DNA of 64,000 nucleotides from an uncultured candidate division Zixibacteria bacterium. Its GTDB lineage: Bacteria > Zixibacteria > MSB-5A5 > GN15 > PGXB01. Below are positions 50,452 through 58,913 of the stretch, one piece after another. The stretch spans positions 2,368,001-2,432,000 of the forward strand of contig OY969724.1 of the NCBI GenBank assembly GCA_963702205.1. The letters run 5' to 3'. The notes under the pieces were generated by a model. That model was not told the origin of the DNA, ran no database searches, and was given only the letters and a program-made list of their open reading frames with translations. Positions within the stretch are counted from its first letter, which is position 1; each line of letters opens with the position of its first letter. Both the position numbers and the translations under genes were made by a program.

Positions 50452-50483
50452 ACAAAGGCCCCGAACAGGGGCCTTTTTGTTTG
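50452..50483 (+). terminator. Intrinsic terminator
   Basis: AAAGGCCCC/GGGGCCTTT stem followed by a T-run. Confidence 0.88.
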
Positions 50484-50497
50484 TACGTTGCAAATTG

Positions 50498-50577
50498 GTG
50501 GGCGGCAGATGTCCACATCTGCCCCTTGCCCCGTGCACGTCCAATCGCTCGGGCACTTGTGGACAAGTGCCGCGCAC
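50498..50577. repeat. REP doublet (REPIN-like); left inverted repeat of the island
   Basis: GTGGGC-GGCAGATGT-CC-ACATCTGCC and an inverted partner that reads GTGCGC-GGCACTTGT-CC-ACAAGTGCC on the minus strand. Confidence 0.75.
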
Positions 50578-50621
50578 CGAATCGTAGCATGGTGGAATGC
50601 GTAGTCCATAAATGCTCATAA

Positions 50622-51203
50622 TTAATAATGACCGTTACGCTTACGGCAAATTGGGTTCGAATTTGAAAAACCGTTTTTGGCTTTACATGTCTTATTGGCC
50701 GGAGAGGATTCTATTCTTTGAAGGCGGCGAAACCAGCGCAACAGACGGGTTATGCGGTGGTCTATTTTGCGTTCGTAGCGAAGAACGTTATAAACCGAGG
50801 TATCGCGGGGGGAAGAAAGAAAGCCTTGTATGCACAGCTGGTGGAGGATGTCGCGGTCCGGGGTGGGGGAGTCGCCGGGTTGTGAGGATGAATGCTTTTC
50901 AAGCAGGGCGGATTCGGCGCGGACGACTCGCCGGGAGCGCCATACGGCGTCGGCGATTTTGGTGACAAGGAAATTTTGATTCGGCGTAGTCGGTTTGAGT
51001 TCGGCGGTCAGCACCTCCACGACGTTTTCATATTGATCGGTGCTTTCATTAAAGCGGGGCGAACTGATAATATGATCGACAGAGCAGATGCCGTGTTTGA
51101 GGGCATTGCGGGATGAGACGGCTTTGCCCTCGGGAGTCCTCGGCCCGGTGGATTTTTGGGCGTTGCGTCGGTTGGCGAGAAGTTGTTTTTTAGAACAGGG
51201 CAT
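50622..51203 (-). CDS. Hypothetical protein with an 'ANRRNAQKSTGPRTPEGK...NALKHG' N-terminal motif
   Basis: Recognisable uncharacterised motif; AAGGAG RBS. Confidence 0.75.
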   Translation of the reverse strand: MPCSKKQLLANRRNAQKSTGPRTPEGKAVSSRNALKHGICSVDHIISSPRFNESTDQYENVVEVLTAELKPTTPNQNFLVTKIADAVWRSRRVVRAESALLEKHSSSQPGDSPTPDRDILHQLCIQGFLSSPRDTSVYNVLRYERKIDHRITRLLRWFRRLQRIESSPANKTCKAKNGFSNSNPICRKRNGHY

Positions 51204-51314
51204 AGTGACACTCCTTTTTTGAAAGGGTGCGTCGTGATTTACCTATGGGTTGGTAGGGAAAGTGTAAGAATGGGTGATTTCCTTGTAAGTCGACCAACCA
51301 AGACTTTAGGCAAA

Positions 51315-52925
51315 TTAAAAAAGGTCTGTCTGATCTTTTTCTCGGACTAATTGACTGGCTTTTTTAAGAGTGTCTTTAGTATCGGGCAATTCCGGCAAAT
51401 GTCCTTTAAAGAGGTCCGCGACTGTGACTATCTGAAGGGCGGGAAACTCACGGTCATGTCCAGGCATTTTCCACTTGCCAAGAATGGTTGCCTCTTTTTG
51501 CATTCCCTTTGTCGGTGGATTTAGCGCTATTAACAATCCGAGAGGCGCCTTTTCCCTTGCCATTACTCTTGCCAAAGCCCTTACGTCACGTGGTTGATAT
51601 TTGCCACCCTTGACTTCAATTATAATTTTATGATATTTTTTCTCATAATCTTGGAAATACAAAAAGCCATCTATCCCGGTATCTCCCCCACCGGTGCTTT
51701 TATATGGTTGGCCACCGATAAATGAAACCGCCCAACTTTCAAACTGAAATGGTGATTGTTTAAATAACTCTTCAGCATCGTCCGATGATTTCGGCTCTCC
51801 AACAATATTAAATTTACAATCTGAAAAATGTTCGCGGATTCTCTTTTTTATCAATGCAACGGCCAAATATGTTATGTCAATCCCTATCCATTTCCGCCGT
51901 AATTTTTCTGCCGCCGCGATTGTTGTGCCGCATCCACAAAAAGGATCCAAGACAATGTCACCTTCTTCAGATGACGCTTTTATTATCCTTTCCAATAACG
52001 CTACAGGCTTTTGAGTTGGGTAACCTAATGTCTCAGCATGCGAGCCATGCAGATGTTCTATGTCATCCCAAATGTCAGTGACTATTGCACCTTCCATTTC
52101 ATCCAAATATCTCTTATAGGCAACAACCTTGCCTTTCCGCGGTAACACAACGCGGCCTTCTTTCCAAGCTTTTGACATCCGATCTTTTGTCCAGCGCCAA
52201 ACCCTGATGGTTCCACTACCGGGCGGAAATTCGTACGTTAAATTAGGTCTGTTTTTATTTGGATTAGCCAAATTGTCTAATCTATATTTTCTACCCGTCT
52301 TTTCCTCAATATACTTATAGAATTTTCCTACATATTCAGGATCATGCGGTTTAAATTGAGTATTGAATTTGGCAGATTTTTCTTTCGCGTAAAATAGAAT
52401 AACATCGTGCGAGCTTGGAAATCTCGTATATGCGTGACCTTTAGGTTGAGTTCGTTTCCATATTATTTCATTCTTAAACGTCTTAATTCCGAATACCTGA
52501 TCAAGCAGAATTTTTAAATAATGACTGGCAGTAGGATCGCAATGCAAGTAAAGGCATCCCGTATTCTTTAAAACACGGTGCAATTCGAATAAGCGAATAG
52601 CCATCATGGTTATGTAAGCCATCATTTCCGATTCACCCATATATTCCCTAAACGCCTTTATCATATCCTTCAATTCAGGTGGGTATTCACCAGACATTAT
52701 TTCATCAAAGGCAGCCTGAGTCTCATTGCTCCATTGCCAAGTGTCTTCAAATGCCTGAATTTGGGCCGCCGCTCGCTTGCCGGTCTTGTCTTTGAAAATG
52801 ACATTATAAGCCCTATTAGAGTTAAAAGGCGGATCAAGATAGATTAAATCAACTGATTGATCTGCAATATGATTGCGAAGTATGTATAAATTATCTCCGA
52901 AATATAGATTGTTAGTATCGCCCAT
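51315..52925 (-). CDS. Beta-class N6/N4 DNA methyltransferase fused to an Mrr-like PD-(D/E)xK domain
   Basis: 'IYLDPPF', 'YPTQKP', 'DPFCGCGT'; C-terminal 'FESW...DTGIDG...IIEVKGG'. Confidence 0.88.
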   Translation of the reverse strand: MGDTNNLYFGDNLYILRNHIADQSVDLIYLDPPFNSNRAYNVIFKDKTGKRAAAQIQAFEDTWQWSNETQAAFDEIMSGEYPPELKDMIKAFREYMGESEMMAYITMMAIRLFELHRVLKNTGCLYLHCDPTASHYLKILLDQVFGIKTFKNEIIWKRTQPKGHAYTRFPSSHDVILFYAKEKSAKFNTQFKPHDPEYVGKFYKYIEEKTGRKYRLDNLANPNKNRPNLTYEFPPGSGTIRVWRWTKDRMSKAWKEGRVVLPRKGKVVAYKRYLDEMEGAIVTDIWDDIEHLHGSHAETLGYPTQKPVALLERIIKASSEEGDIVLDPFCGCGTTIAAAEKLRRKWIGIDITYLAVALIKKRIREHFSDCKFNIVGEPKSSDDAEELFKQSPFQFESWAVSFIGGQPYKSTGGGDTGIDGFLYFQDYEKKYHKIIIEVKGGKYQPRDVRALARVMAREKAPLGLLIALNPPTKGMQKEATILGKWKMPGHDREFPALQIVTVADLFKGHLPELPDTKDTLKKASQLVREKDQTDLF

Positions 52926-53098
52926 CTAACATCACCGGTTTGAATTTAATTAAAGCAGTATATTCGCGAATATAAATGTATGCAAGAAAAAATGTCTGAT
53001 TACGCGAGAAACCAAAAATCATCTTTTTGGCGAATTTAATCGGCAATTTTAGTGAAAATGAAGATGGCGAAGGCACAGAGGTTTTGATCCACAAAAAC

Positions 53099-53992
53099 TC
53101 AATCAGTTATATTATTGTCCGCATCCGAAGGCTGTGGCAATGCCACCAATTCGGGCTTTTCACTGTTTAATAAATCTAACTGGGGGGATAATTCTTTAAG
53201 TCGCATTGCAACATTGCATATAGCACTTTTTGCTATATCAAAAGTCCTAAAAGCGTCGTGCATCTCAAGGAATACATTAGGATGCATAACTGGATTTCGT
53301 GATAAATCCCGGACATGGTCTAATATGTCTAATACTTTTGGGTCTTCTTTTTTTTCTCTAAGGTTTGCAATGCACACGCCAAGGGCCGGACAATCGTCAG
53401 TGTCAGCTTTTTTTAAAGCCAATCTCCAGTATCTTTTTATGATTGACTCGGTGGCACGTAAGGCATGAAACCCTGAGGCCGTAGGTAATTCAAATGATAG
53501 GCATCGACCCGCTTGTTGGAAATCTTTACGTTCTTGCTCATTGATAAAGGATCTACAATCTTCTGGAAGACTTTCAAGCAAGGCATTTTCTGCTCGCTCT
53601 GTAAGTTCAGGAGTTGAATAAATACCTTTTTGGGAAACAAGATAGGTGTCAAGGCCCGGCAAATCATTCGCCACTACAACTTCAAAGTTTTTTACTGCAT
53701 CTTTTATTGCGTGAATCTGATACACAGCGAGTTTTTTGCCGGTGATTTCGGAGGCTATGTCTTTGGATTCTACATCCACGACCTTGCGAATTTCCTCATA
53801 TAGCGTTTGAGCGGCCCTTCGTGATGATGGTGGCAAAATTCCGTAGGGCCCAAAATGTCGTTGTAATGTAAATGTGGCTTGCCAGATAACCCATAACGAG
53901 TTCATGAGGTCATGCTCAACAGCCGGTATCGCCATCAATTCATGAATTTCAATTGCTAATTTGTAAAGCGAATATGTATTAAATCTTTGCAT
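53099..53992 (-). CDS. HEPN/DUF4145-like protein
   Basis: 'AGRCL....TASGFHALRATE' helix and Rx4H motif 'RNPVMH'. Confidence 0.65.
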   Translation of the reverse strand: MQRFNTYSLYKLAIEIHELMAIPAVEHDLMNSLWVIWQATFTLQRHFGPYGILPPSSRRAAQTLYEEIRKVVDVESKDIASEITGKKLAVYQIHAIKDAVKNFEVVVANDLPGLDTYLVSQKGIYSTPELTERAENALLESLPEDCRSFINEQERKDFQQAGRCLSFELPTASGFHALRATESIIKRYWRLALKKADTDDCPALGVCIANLREKKEDPKVLDILDHVRDLSRNPVMHPNVFLEMHDAFRTFDIAKSAICNVAMRLKELSPQLDLLNSEKPELVALPQPSDADNNITD

Positions 53993-54228
53993 TGGTAATA
54001 GATGGCCCTCAGGCGCCCCGATATTATACTTTCCTTATTTCCAAACATAATTCAAATTACACAAAATATCAATGGATATATGAGATACAAATATATCAGT
54101 TTGGTATAAAAACTGCAGATTGACCCATTACCCATACACCAAAATCCCCTCCAACTTAATATTGATTTCGTGTGGCGGGGTGTTATAGAGGTCTATAGGT
54201 ATGGTTAAAAAGTGTCATATCCGTTGTT

Positions 54229-54351
54229 GTGCGAGGCACATCCTTCAAAAGATCAGGAGGCCTGTCTACATGTGCCCGAGCGTTTGGATATAACGGTACC
54301 CTGGGGCAGACCCTTCAAAGTTCAGGACACGCGAGGGCGTCTGCCGCCCAC
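54229..54351. repeat. Inverted copy of the 50498-50577 REP doublet with two short insertions
   Basis: Shares GTGCGnGGCAC, GTGCCCGAGCGnTTGGA, GGGGCAGA and TCTGCCGCCCAC with the reverse complement of the left copy. Confidence 0.75.
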
Positions 54352-54540
54352 TTGTCGGGCACTTTACGCGGGGTGGATCGGGGAGGAAAATAAAAACATG
54401 GTACGACCAAAGCCAATTTCTTGTAAGGTATATCGTGGCATTTGATTATCTGTGCCAAAACGGGCCGCAAATGGGGTGATTTTCGGGGTGAAAAATACAA
54501 GGTTGGTAGTGAAATTGTCGGGCGTTTGGGGCGGAATATC

Positions 54541-54567
54541 GTCAAGCCCCAAGTGGGCTTGACCTAC
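54541..54567 (-). repeat. GTAG-type REP palindrome
   Basis: Minus strand reads GTAG-GTCAAGCCC-ACTTG-GGGCTTGAC. Confidence 0.7.
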
Positions 54568-54584
54568 GAAGACTAATAAACCAA

Positions 54585-54934
54585 GATGGATTCCCGATCA
54601 GGTCGGGAATGACATTGGAAGTGATTTCAGGCAATTGTGCACAATCGAGCCGGCCACCCGTTGGGTGGGTTACAAGATTTGAAAGAAAAAGATGGATTCC
54701 CGATCAGGTCGGGAATGACATTTGAAGTGATTTCAGGCAATTGTGCGCAATCGAGCCGGCCACCCGTTGGGTGGGTTACAAGATTTGAAAGAAAAAGATG
54801 GATTCCCGATCAGGTCGGGAATGACATTGGAAGTGATTTCAGGCAATTGTGCACAATCGAGCCGGCCACCCGTTGGGTGGGTTACAAGATTTGAAAGAAA
54901 AAGATGGATTCCCGATCAGGTCGGGAATGACATT
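54585..54934. repeat. 106-bp tandem repeat (3.3 copies) of two alternating palindromes
   Basis: Units start at 54585, 54691, 54797 and 54903; each full unit has ATTCCCGA-TCAGG-TCGGGAAT-GAC and CCACCC-GTT-GGGTGG-GTTAC. Confidence 0.93.
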
Positions 54935-55070
54935 GAAGGGGGATTCGGGAATGACATTGAAGGGGGATTCGGGAATGACATTGAAGGGGGATTCGGGAAT
55001 GACATTGTGGGGGGTTCGTGAAGGACATTGATGGGGGGGAAGGACATTGGAAGGGGGCGGGAAGGACAGG
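54923..55070. repeat. 24-bp tandem repeat decaying to the right
   Basis: GGGAATGACATTGAAGGGGGATTC three times, then degenerate copies. Confidence 0.85.
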
Positions 55071-55173
55071 GAACATTCGTATTGGTGTCATTGTTTTTGA
55101 TGCATTATCAAGGTATGTGAACTTTCGGGAGGTCTGTAAGACAACGGCTTTTTCCAACGAAAGGGAACATAAG

Positions 55174-55614
55174 ATGAAAAGCACAATAAGCGAAGAAATC
55201 AGAATCGGGCAGGTGGGGGTCCATTTCCTGCTCGAAGGCGAAGCCTCCGGCGGCTCGGTAGCCGTCTTTGACTTCGATGTCCCGGCAGGGGCAAAGGTCC
55301 CCGCCGCCCACAGTCACGACGGTTATGAAGAAACAATCTATGGACTCGAAGGCATATTAACATGGACGGTCGACGGGGAAAAGATCGATGTCGGACCGGG
55401 TGAGGTGCTTTGTATTCCTCGCGGGGCGGTGCACCGCTTCGATAACGTCTATTCCGACGATGCGAAAATGCTGGCCATCGTCAGCCCCGGGATACTCGGC
55501 TCCGATTATTTCAGCGAGTGTGCGGAGATTGTAAACGCCGCGGCGGGTGGTCCGCCGGATCTTGTGGCGCTCGGTGAAGTGATGCGCCGGCACGGGCTGA
55601 CACCGGCACCGTAG
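55174..55614 (+). CDS. Cupin domain protein
   Basis: 'PAAHSHDGYEE..Y.LEG', 'GEVLCIPRGAVHRF.N'. Confidence 0.88.
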   Translation: MKSTISEEIRIGQVGVHFLLEGEASGGSVAVFDFDVPAGAKVPAAHSHDGYEETIYGLEGILTWTVDGEKIDVGPGEVLCIPRGAVHRFDNVYSDDAKMLAIVSPGILGSDYFSECAEIVNAAAGGPPDLVALGEVMRRHGLTPAP

Positions 55615-55663
55615 TTTCTATCACAGGGCGGCGTATTCGCCCGGGTGGGGCAGCCGGAAGAAC

Positions 55664-55737
55664 GAAGATGGATTCCCGATCAGGTTGAGATTGACATTGA
55701 TGGGAAATGGAAACCGTCAGGAAGGGGTTCCTGACGG
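55664..55737. repeat. REP mosaic, repeated at about 56343-56415
   Basis: GATGGATTCCCGATCAGGT... followed by CCGTCAGGAA-GGGG-TTCCTGACGG. Confidence 0.75.
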
Positions 55738-55826
55738 CTCGCAAAGATGGCAGGACCGCGTCGCAAGGCTTGGGTCTTGCCCTGCGAAGGCTGGGTGATT
55801 ACGATGCGGCGCCGGTATATGTCCGC

Positions 55827-55859
55827 AGCCAACCACCCGTTGGGTGGGTTACAGGATTT
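55827..55859. repeat. 33-bp direct repeat (copy 1) flanking the cupin gene
   Basis: AGCCAACCACCCGTTGGGTGGGTTACAGGATTT; one mismatch to 56302-56334. Confidence 0.85.
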
Positions 55860-56202
55860 ACTGTTGTTTGACTATGTCAACCGATATCTCTACCGCCGGG
55901 ATGGTGCCTCTGTTCTCAAGCCAGTGCAGGGTGTTTTTGTCCTCGGACCAGCCAAGTCCCGGACCGTATTCTTTAGACACGCCGTCCCGATGGTCGGTGA
56001 TCGTTCCCTGCAATATATAGACGAGACCCGGCCGGTCTTTATGGTCGTGAATGGGGCCGAAGACGCCGCCCGGTTCGATGGTGACCATACGCATCCGAAA
56101 CTGACGCCCGTCCATGCCCTCGATTTCAGCACCAAGGTCAATTGTCGCCAGCAGCTTCACGCCAACGCCTTTCGTCTCGGGCGCCGCCTGTTTGTTTGTC
56201 AT
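55858..56202 (-). CDS. Small cupin domain protein
   Basis: 'IEPGG...IHDHKDRPGLVYILQGTI', 'HWLENRG'; AAGGAG RBS. Confidence 0.85.
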   Translation of the reverse strand: MTNKQAAPETKGVGVKLLATIDLGAEIEGMDGRQFRMRMVTIEPGGVFGPIHDHKDRPGLVYILQGTITDHRDGVSKEYGPGLGWSEDKNTLHWLENRGTIPAVEISVDIVKQQ

Positions 56203-56301
56203 CGCGTTCTCCTTTTTGTACGTCGCGGTTTGCAGCGGACGCTTTGGGATATTGTAACAAAATGGGTGAAGAGCCGGTTCCTTACGGAGGTGCATAATCG
56301 T

Positions 56302-56484
56302 AGCCGACCACCCGTTGGGTGGGTTACAGGATTTGAAGGAAAAAGATGGATTCCCGATCAGGTCGGGAAGGACATTGATGGGAAATGGAAACCATCAGGA
56401 AGGGGTTCCTGACGGCGCATAAAAGTAGCTCCATCCATGGGTGCGCAATCGAGCCGGCCACCCGTTGGGTTGGTTACAAGATTT
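56302..56484. repeat. REP mosaic containing direct-repeat copy 2 and further palindromes
   Basis: The same CCACCC/GGGTGG, ATTCCCGA/TCGGGAA and TCAGGAA/TTCCTGA units. Confidence 0.8.
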
Positions 56485-56702
56485 ACAATGGCCCGGGACG
56501 ACATTAAACGAACAATCGCTGATGCGGTGCGCATTATAGCGGGATATGTGGAATAGTGGTAAAACTAAATTTCACAAACCGGTTGACAAAACGTCTTATA
56601 AATGATTAATTCAGAACTTAATCCGGGATCGGCGTCGGCTTAAACGGCCCAGTACCGGTGAGATAGAAAAAAGAGTTGTGTGTATATATTGAGGGCGAGG
56701 TA

Positions 56703-57338
56703 ATGAACAAAAAATCTGCGCTTTTGGCATTGTTGCTATTGCTGGCTCTGGCGCTTTCCGCGTTTTCTCAGGATGATGAAGAAAAATGGCGAAACTTCGA
56801 AGTCGTGGCCTCCGGCGGCTTGTCCGTGCCAACGGGGACTCTGTCCGACTGGAACGACACGCTCGGCGCGAAGACCGGTTTCAATTTCGGACTGGCCGGC
56901 GCGTATTATTTCACGGAAAAAATTTGCGCCGGGACGTATTTGGACTATACGCAGTTCAACATCAAAGACTATACTTTGAGCTATCGTCTGTATGACGGGG
57001 GATTGTACGGCAAATATTGTTTTACGGGTGAATCGAATTTTGAACCGTATGTCAAGCTCAGCGGCGGCGTGGTCTGGCCCAAATTCGCCACGTGGATCGG
57101 GGACGACAAGAATGTATTGAGAGAGCTGTCCTACGATCCGGTTATGAATTTCGGGCTTTATATCGGCACTCTGTATTACACCTCCGAAAACGGGAGCATT
57201 TTTCTCGAACTGGGTTACCACTACGATCAACTGAAGGATTCAAATAGCGAGTATGCCAGTACGAAACATAGTCTCATGGACAATGTCAATTATATAAATG
57301 TGCGTATCGGACTGAACGTATTTTTCGGCCCGGAATAA
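56703..57338 (+). CDS. Outer membrane beta-barrel protein
   Basis: Signal peptide, amphipathic strands, aromatic C-terminal strand 'RIGLNVFF'. Confidence 0.8.
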   Translation: MNKKSALLALLLLLALALSAFSQDDEEKWRNFEVVASGGLSVPTGTLSDWNDTLGAKTGFNFGLAGAYYFTEKICAGTYLDYTQFNIKDYTLSYRLYDGGLYGKYCFTGESNFEPYVKLSGGVVWPKFATWIGDDKNVLRELSYDPVMNFGLYIGTLYYTSENGSIFLELGYHYDQLKDSNSEYASTKHSLMDNVNYINVRIGLNVFFGPE

Positions 57339-57360
57339 GAACGCAGGCCTTTCAGATTTC

Positions 57361-57391
57361 AATGCCCTTTCTTTGGAGAGGGCATTTTTTT
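57361..57391 (+). terminator. Intrinsic terminator
   Basis: AATGCCCTTTC/GAGAGGGCATT stem followed by a T-run. Confidence 0.85.
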
Positions 57392-57428
57392 ATGGCTAAC
57401 GTTGCGATTTGCCGCTATTTTGTCCGTC

Positions 57429-58775
57429 ATGAATCCGGTCAAGCTGCTCATAGTCGACGACGAAACCGCCCAGCGCCAGATGCTGGCGGGTTATCTGGCC
57501 AAGAAGAATTTCGAGATCGTCCAGGCCGGTTCCGGCGAAGAAGCTTTGAAACTCTATGCATCGTTTCTGGCACCAGTCGCGGTAGTCGATATGAAAATGC
57601 CGGGGATGAACGGGATCGAACTGATCGGTCATCTCAAGGAGCTCAATCCGTTCGTGCAGATAATCGTGCTGACCGCTTTCGGTTCGGTCGAAACGGCGGT
57701 CGATGCCATGAAAGCCGGGGCGTGCCACTATCAGACTAAACCGGTCGAGCTCGAGGAGCTGCTGATTAACCTCAACAAAGCGGCCGATCAGCACCGGATG
57801 ATTCTCGACAACCAGCTGCTCAACGAGACGGTGGTCGAACGGTTCGGCAGCGGGGAGATTATCGGGCAGTCGGCGTCGATCAAGAAGGCAATCGAACTGA
57901 TCAACCTGGCCGCGCCGGGCGACACGACTGTGCTGATAACGGGAGCCTCGGGGACCGGCAAAGAACTGGCGGCGCGAGCGCTTCACGCGTTGTCGTCGCG
58001 CAAAGACGGTCGGTTTGTGCCGGTAAATTGCGCCGCCATCCCGGAGAACCTTCTGGAATCGGAACTGTTCGGACATGAAAAGGGAGCATTCACGGGGGCG
58101 ATCAAACGTAGATTAGGCAAGTTCGAAATCGCCGACGGCGGGACGCTTTTTCTGGATGAAATCGGCGATATGCCGCCGACCATGCAGGCCAAGCTGCTGC
58201 GAGTTCTCGAAGACAAGAAAGTGGAGCGGTTGGGGTCAGAAGACAGTGTCTCGCTCAATGTCCGTGTAATTGCGGCCACCAACCGCGACCTCAAGCAGTG
58301 GATCGGCGAAGGCAAGTTTCGGGAAGATTTGTACTATCGGATCAATGTCGTTACGATTGAAATGCCACCGCTCTCGGACCGACCGGGCGACATATTAATT
58401 TTGGCGGAAAGATTCCTGAAGGATTTTGCGTCGCGTTTGGGCAAGAAGATTTCAGGATTTACGTCATCGGCCGCCGCAGCATTGAATGCTTATCCGTGGC
58501 CGGGCAACGTCCGTGAGCTTCAGAACGTGGTGGAGCGGGCCGTGGTTTTGTGCCGGGGTGACGTGATCGATACGAAAGAGCTTCCGGGTTTGACTTCATC
58601 CGCCGAAGGGGCGGTCGAAAATACAGTAAAACTGGCCGATCTTGAAAGCCGCCATATTCGCCGTATGCTGGAAAGAATGGACTGGAATCTGGGCCAGACG
58701 GCCGAAGTGCTGGGGATACATCGCAATACACTTAGGTCCAAGATCAAAGAATACGGTCTCGAAAAAAGCGCCTAA
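57429..58775 (+). CDS. Sigma54-dependent response regulator (NtrC/ZraR family)
   Basis: Receiver, GASGTGKE, GAFTGA, WPGNVREL and HTH. Confidence 0.92.
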   Translation: MNPVKLLIVDDETAQRQMLAGYLAKKNFEIVQAGSGEEALKLYASFLAPVAVVDMKMPGMNGIELIGHLKELNPFVQIIVLTAFGSVETAVDAMKAGACHYQTKPVELEELLINLNKAADQHRMILDNQLLNETVVERFGSGEIIGQSASIKKAIELINLAAPGDTTVLITGASGTGKELAARALHALSSRKDGRFVPVNCAAIPENLLESELFGHEKGAFTGAIKRRLGKFEIADGGTLFLDEIGDMPPTMQAKLLRVLEDKKVERLGSEDSVSLNVRVIAATNRDLKQWIGEGKFREDLYYRINVVTIEMPPLSDRPGDILILAERFLKDFASRLGKKISGFTSSAAAALNAYPWPGNVRELQNVVERAVVLCRGDVIDTKELPGLTSSAEGAVENTVKLADLESRHIRRMLERMDWNLGQTAEVLGIHRNTLRSKIKEYGLEKSA

Positions 58776-58869
58776 ATCGGTGCGCTGTCCCATCCGTTTG
58801 AACATTTTTTGTGCCCATTAGAATCCTGCCTGACGGCATATCATGTTGTTTTACATGCGTTTACTTAAT

Positions 58870-58885
58870 TGGCATGTCTTTTGAT
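58870..58885 (+). promoter_or_regulatory. Putative sigma54 promoter
   Basis: TGGCAT-gtctt-TTGAT. Confidence 0.6.
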
Positions 58886-58913
58886 ATGTATAATAGGCAA
58901 AAAGGAGAGAAAT

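Noticed and set aside
54637..55031. Three similar short ORFs (MHNRAGHPLGG...)
   Set aside because: They are translations of the 106-bp repeat in shifting frames.
54585..55070. CRISPR array
   Set aside because: The sequences between palindromes are near-identical rather than unique spacers, and there are no cas genes in the window.
55747..56412. 221-aa plus-strand ORF
   Set aside because: It is antisense to the cupin and runs through repeat sequence.
54585..56484. Classical integron with attC sites
   Set aside because: No tyrosine integrase is present; the repeats lack paired RYYYAAC/GTTRRRY ends; the two cupins face opposite ways.
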